A program made the position numbers and the translations under genes. Shown here piece after piece: positions 57,405 through 64,000 of a stretch of 64,000 nucleotides of DNA. The notes beneath the pieces are model-generated. The model saw only the letters and a list, made by a program, of their open reading frames with translations, did no database searches and had not been told where the DNA came from. Source of the stretch: Eledone cirrhosa (taxonomy: Eukaryota); NCBI GenBank assembly GCA_964016885.1, contig OZ024743.1:53568001-53632000 (forward strand), written 5' to 3'. Each line of letters opens with the position of its first letter. Position 1 is the first letter of the stretch.

Positions 57405-58089
57405 AATAATGGAGCTGCGGCGTTGCAAATGGGTTACATATGAAAAAGTTTGTCCTTCATCAATGGTCTTCCAACCGTCATAGGCATTTCATCGCTTTAA
57501 AGACCATATACCTCAGGTTGGTGCGAGCAACGGCTAAAAAAAGTCGGTGGGACACGTAAATAAAGGGGACGCTAGGGTAAACAAACAAAATGGTTTAAGC
57601 AACAGAAAGTGATGAAGAAAGAGACAAGTCCCAGATTTCTATGAATATAAATTCGGTGAAATCGTGAACGAGAGAATAAAGATCATCAAACCTGGTTGAA
57701 ATGTGAGCAAGGAAGGAATTTCGCACAGGTCTAACGGGAGGAAGAAGGGGTCTGGTCTGCGAATTCGGTAAACATAAGTTCTGTGAAATCGCAGACGAGA
57801 GAGAGAGAGGGAAAAAAAATTCATACCAGCTTGGCCAAGAGCGCGCGAGAAAAGAATTACGGACAGGTCAAACGGGAAGAAAGAGGAGGAGGAGAGGTAG
57901 TGACAGAGAATGAGTGAGTGAAGGGTGAAGAAGAGGCTAACAGAGAGAGAGAGACTGCTAGAAAGGGTAAAGATACAAAGAACGAAACAGACGTGTAGCA
58001 GCGGAGGAAAAAAAATATGTGTAAATATGATAATAATGGAGCTGCGGCGTTGCAAATGGGTTACATATGAAAAAGTTTGTCCTTCATCA
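57147..58089. mobile_element. Non-coding tandem-unit element (627-nt unit, 62-bp terminal redundancy) plus inverted fragment 57147-57235
   Basis: 57401-57462 = 58028-58089; shares conserved blocks with 32439-33250. Confidence 0.75.
57451..57554 (-). ncRNA. Candidate re-ordered hammerhead-like RNA, copy 3 (diverged family)
   Basis: Covarying helices relative to copies 1 and 2; core UUGAUGA; predicted A17 at 57507. Confidence 0.55.
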
Positions 58090-58092
58090 TAT

Positions 58093-58214
<122 letters not shown>

Positions 58215-58406
58215 GAGAGAGAGAGTGTGTGCCGGGCTCAATCGAGGGTAACCACAGTTACTAAGGTACTCAATATATTAGTAGGGTGTAAACATCATCT
58301 TTAATATAAAAATGGCTTCTACAGGAATAGAACTGTTTCATTCAAAAGAAATCATGATTCCTTTTGAATGATACAGTTGTAGTCCTGTAGAAAACATTTT
58401 TATATT

Positions 58407-58516
<110 letters not shown>

Positions 58517-59414
58517 GTGTGTATGTATAAATGTGTGTATGTGTGTGTGCGCGCACAACACTGATCCGTTTACGAACGAAGCATTGTGTAAATTCGACAA
58601 TTTGGAAATCTGCTTTCTGAAAATCCGAGTCAATGCTGATGAACTATAAATTATAGTCGAATACGTTGGATACATTTCACCTGCATATGGAATGAGGTGG
58701 ACAGAGTCACATCCAGGCATCGAATTGCGTATACATTATATACCGGACAACTGTATTTAAGCATTTTCGGCACGTAACAACGGCACATTTTAACCATTTT
58801 AGGCACATATCCACTTGAATATAAGACCGAATATATATACCGAAATTATAGTACCCAAGACCGAATTTATCCTTCTAGACCGGCGGATCACGGTAAATAA
58901 TTGTTTCTACTTTAGGCACAAGGCCAGCAATTATCCAGTGCAGTACTGGTACTTTATTTTATCGACCCCGTAAGGATGAAAGGCAAAGTGTCATCCACTT
59001 ACTACGGACAACACTTTACAGAATTTAACCCGAGGCTATCCATGTGAATGGAAACACCTTTGGAAAGAACCCTCTCGCCTGCTGCAAACCAGTGGAAGTC
59101 TCTGTACGAAAACTATGTACTCTATTCCTATCCTTATCTTTACCTAACTATCTCTATATTTTCCCAATCCATTTTCTATAGGGTTGGACGCCATGCTTTC
59201 TAGCTTAGTTACGTCCCTTTACAGTCTGAGTTCAAATCACGCCGATGTTAACTTTGCCTTTCATCCTTACGAGGTCGATAAAATAAAGTACCAGTAATGT
59301 ACTGAGTAATTGCTGGCCTTGTGCCTAAAGTAGAAACAATTATGTTTAGTTACCCTTGTGAGGAATCTCAGGCTATGTTATTTGTATTTATTGCATCTAC
59401 TTTATTGCATGTGA

Positions 59415-59725
59415 AGGCACGTGGCTTTGTGGTTAGGGTATTCGGCTTATAATCGTAAGGTTATGAGTTCGATTCCCGGCGGAGCGTTGTCTCCTTGGGC
59501 AAGACACTTTATTTCATGTTGCTACAGTCCACTCAGCTGACAAACATTAGTTGTATCTGTAGTTCGAATGGCCAGCCTTGTCACATTCTGTGTCACACCG
59601 AACCTCCCTGAGAACTACGTTAAGGGTACGCGTATCTGTGGAATGTTCAGTCACTTGCACGATAATTTCACGAGTAGGCTGTTCCGTTGATCAACTGGAA
59701 CACTCGTCGTCGTAACCGACGGAGT
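59415..59725 (+). mobile_element. SINE family B, near full length
   Basis: tggctttgtggtt A-box, gagttcgattccc B-box, ccttgggcaagacacttt body. Confidence 0.75.
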
Positions 59726-59929
59726 GCTAGTAATTATATTGCATATATTATATGTACATTTACATATACTTTTTGTATGATCACAAGTTATCCACTGAAT
59801 GTTTTCTATATTTTTTTAACCTCGTATAGTTTTATATTTTATACTGTTGTCTCACGTATTATGTGGTATGTGTCTGACCATGATTTAACTTAATTTATTT
59901 TAATTTAATTTATCTTTAATTTATCTTCA

Positions 59930-60545
59930 TGCGTCTCATTCTGGAGTCAGAATTAAGTGCAAGAATTGCAGGAGCTGGTGCAGTAATGCATCAGCTTCAG
60001 CATTCAGTAATCAGAAGAAGGGAGGTAAGCGTAAAAGCCTAACTCACTATCTTCAATTCGGTATTCGTGTCAACCCATACCTATGGTTATGAATCTTGGG
60101 TAATGACCGAAAGAATACGATCGCGAATACAAGCGGCCGAAATGAGGGTTCCTCTGAAGGGTCTTCGGAGTAACGTTCCGTGATAGAGTGCGTAGCTCAG
60201 AGATCAGAGAGGCACTCTAAGTAGAACCGCTACTTCTCCAAATTGAGAGATCACAGCTCTGATACTATGGGCATGTGGTTAGAATGTCTCAGTAAAGAAT
60301 CATTGGACAGATTGTACGAGAAAACCGACTGGCAGGAGACCCAGGAGTAGAACTCGAGCAAGGTGGTTGGATAACATCCATGAGCTTGGCTGGTCTCACT
60401 TGGGGATCCATCCAGATCAGTTGGAGACGGTCGGTTCTGACAACACTCGCTGGAAAGAGTGCTTGAAGGACTCTGCCCTCACGACCCTCTCAGGAATAAG
60501 TGGGCGAAGAAGAAGAAGACGAAGAAGAAGAAGAAGAAGAAGAAG
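59930..60545 (+). mobile_element. RTE-clade LINE 3' part with (GAA)n tail
   Basis: TYGYESWVMTERIRSRIQAAEMR; ends in gaagaagaa repeats. Confidence 0.8.
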
Positions 60546-60609
60546 TGGTTCATTCTTATATGTACTTTAAGCTACCCTGACCAGCCAACACTATTTAATT
60601 ATTTACAAG

Positions 60610-60799
60610 GGCGGTGGATTGGCAGTATCGGTAGAGGGTTGGACGCCATGCTTTCCAGCATAGTTACGTCCCTTTACGATCTGAGTTCAAATCCCGCCGA
60701 GGTTGACTTTGCCTTTCATCCTTACGGGGTCGATAAAATAAAGTACCAGTAATGCACTGGGTAATTCCTGGCCTTGTGCCTAAAGTAGAAACAACTATT
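60610..60799 (+). mobile_element. SINE family A, full length
   Basis: Complete head, core and tail. Confidence 0.85.
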
Positions 60800-61523
60800 T
60801 AATTATTTACAGCACTCACTAATAACTTATCGATTAGACATGTTGGCCCGGAGATCTAGATCGGTTTCCCTACTGAATACTGCAAGCTGTGGGGAACATT
60901 CCTACCGTCCCTTTTCCCGGAGATACCCTGTATATCGAAAGATTACACACTGACGTTCGGCTCATCGACTGGATGAATCTCTTAGGCTGGGGCTATGGAC
61001 ATCTGGATGAACTCCATTGAAATATAGTTAAGTCTGGACACATTATAGAACTTTATAGCCCAGTTAGACTTTAACTATATCATTTTTTCTTCTTCACCCA
61101 CTATTCCAATATACAAAGAAGAGGGGGAAAAAACAACATAAATGGTAACATAAGATAGTCTACTATCACATGATCCACATGCCAGGTGCAATGTGTAGGA
61201 ACACGGAAGAGCTGAACTCCCGTCGTCATCGCCTCCATCTCTCTCGCCCTTCCCATCTCTCTGTATAGTGAGAAAATGGGGTCCCACGTGCTGGCCGCCT
61301 CACAGCCCCGGCGGACAGAATGGAGAAAGCGTTTCCCCGGAGGATGGTTCCACAGTTTTCGCAGCACTGATTTTCATTCCAGCCATGCAACACTCGGCAT
61401 CAAACCTATCGTGTGCAAGTCGGAGATAACCTTCTGTCGAGTTAGATAACAACCTCAGCGAAATATGTATTATGGAGATGAAATAAACCTGAATACAACT
61501 GCATATGGCCTTCGATCTATTTG

Positions 61524-61628
<105 letters not shown>

Positions 61629-61640
61629 TATCAAATAGAT

Positions 61641-61692
<52 letters not shown>

Positions 61693-62190
61693 CGTGAAAT
61701 TAATAAACATTCGTTGTACTGCCTTCTGTTTTGTTCCTGTTCAAAATTTTCCATTATATATATATATACGGCGGGTAGTGAAGACGTATGTATTTTTTCT
61801 TACTATGGTATTTTGCAATATGTTTTACATAGATCAATAATTGAATGGACATACGGGGAACTACCCCCCCCCCCCCCAGAAACGATCGTAAAATAATGAG
61901 TTTTACTATGAATTAACAGTTTTGTGTTTAATTTCACTGTTTTAATATTTCTATTTTTGACTCTGTATCCAATGAATTACATCGTTGAAAATTTTGTATT
62001 TTAAACTTTGCTTCACGACATCTTCTACATACGGATTACATTGAGTTCTTCATACGGTTTAGACCCTTCCATTGATTGGTAGATTTATCTCTGTGTGTGC
62101 ATATGTATATATATATATATGCCAGTTTAGTCGCCAACGACCCGACCATGGGACAGGTTGTACATATACATACATACATACATACATACA

Positions 62191-62875
<685 letters not shown>

Positions 62876-64000
62876 ATATATATATATATATAGTGAGGGA
62901 CTGGGACAGAGAGTGGATGGCGGCATGTTCCATATTTGTTTAAGGTATGATAATTTCTTTTTAATTACACACTAATCCGTTTGAAGTGTACCGACATGAA
63001 AAGAGGCTGAGTACCTCACCTCTACCACATCTCCTATTCGAACCAGCAACCCCCACTGAGCACTCAAGCAGGAGTGGCGCCATCTACCTATCTCAATTAA
63101 TAATAAATATATTTAATAAATAAATACACATAAATAAAATAGACAGACGGCACCACGACCTCCACAGTCGCCAATGCACCGTCACCACCATAACCACTTT
63201 CACAGCCACTTGCCCCACCATTGCCACTACCATCGCTACCTCCACCACAACTGTCACAGCCACTTGCCCCATATCTTCCACTACCATCGTCACCGCCACC
63301 ACTACTAATACCACTATCCACTTATCGCCGTTGCTACCACCCCTACCACTACCACCGCTGTCGCCGTCTCCACCACCACCACCACTAATATCACTATCAC
63401 TATCGCTATTACCACCACTGCCCCCCTCAACACCACCACCACCACCGCCATCATCACCAAGAATTTAGCGTCTACTCTGTTGCTTGATGATAGCCGAAGA
63501 AAGGCGATTGCAGGCGAACATTCGGTTAATACGTAAATGTGTGTGAGTGTGCGTGCGTGTTTGTGCCTGCATGTGTGTAAGTGTGTAAGTGTAAGTGTGT
63601 GTGTGGGGGGGGGGGGGGGCTATGGGTGTGTGTGAGAGAGTGTGTGTGAGTGTGTGTGTGTGAGTGTGTGTGAGAGTGTGCGTGCGTATGTGCGTGTGTT
63701 TGTGAGTGTGTGTGTGAGAGTGTGTGTAAGTATGTGTGTGTGGGTAAAGGTGTGTAAGTATATGTGTGTGTGGGTAAAGGTGTGTGTATGTGCGAATGTT
63801 GTGTGAGTGTGAGCGTGTGTGTGAGTATGTGTGTGAGTGTGTGTGTGTGAGTGTGTGTCTGTGTGTGTAGTGAAAGTGTGTGGGTTGCGGTTAAGGTGTT
63901 CAGCTTACGATCTTAAAGTTCGATTCCCAGCGCCGTGTTTTGTCTTTCAGCAAGACATTTTATTTCACGTTGATCCAGTCCACTCAAAAATGATTCATAC

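Noticed and set aside
60610-60700. tRNA genes at SINE heads
   Set aside because: A/B boxes are present but there is no complete cloverleaf, and they continue into a multi-copy SINE body.

Overview
Repeat-saturated animal genomic DNA. The dense (TA)n/(TG)n/(TC)n/(TATG)n microsatellites and the tRNA-headed SINE repertoire suggest a cephalopod such as Octopus (inference). No host protein-coding gene is supported; most ORFs in the track are microsatellite read-throughs. Recognisable content: a near-complete Penelope-like retroelement (PLE; RT + GIY-YIG, pseudo-LTRs, 13078-17691), a second 5'-truncated PLE (47270-49953), a decayed Helitron (about 50635-57146), LINE fragments of several clades (RTE, RTE-X-like, CRE, R4/Dong, Tx1, CR1-like), hAT and Tc1/mariner-type MITEs, and two SINE families. 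The dominant hidden theme is about nine families of short hammerhead-ribozyme (HHR)-bearing inserts nested in microsatellites, many as fold-back inverted repeats. They include a 485-nt retrozyme-like unit and two families with U3-A8 core variants. The top candidate novelty is a ~105-nt RNA motif in three copies from two diverged non-coding tandem-unit elements (32440, 32963, 57451). It has all hammerhead core elements but in a non-canonical strand order, held together by covarying helices and a kink-turn: a putative pseudoknotted, re-ordered hammerhead. All RNA folds were paired by eye and none is experimentally or computationally verified.
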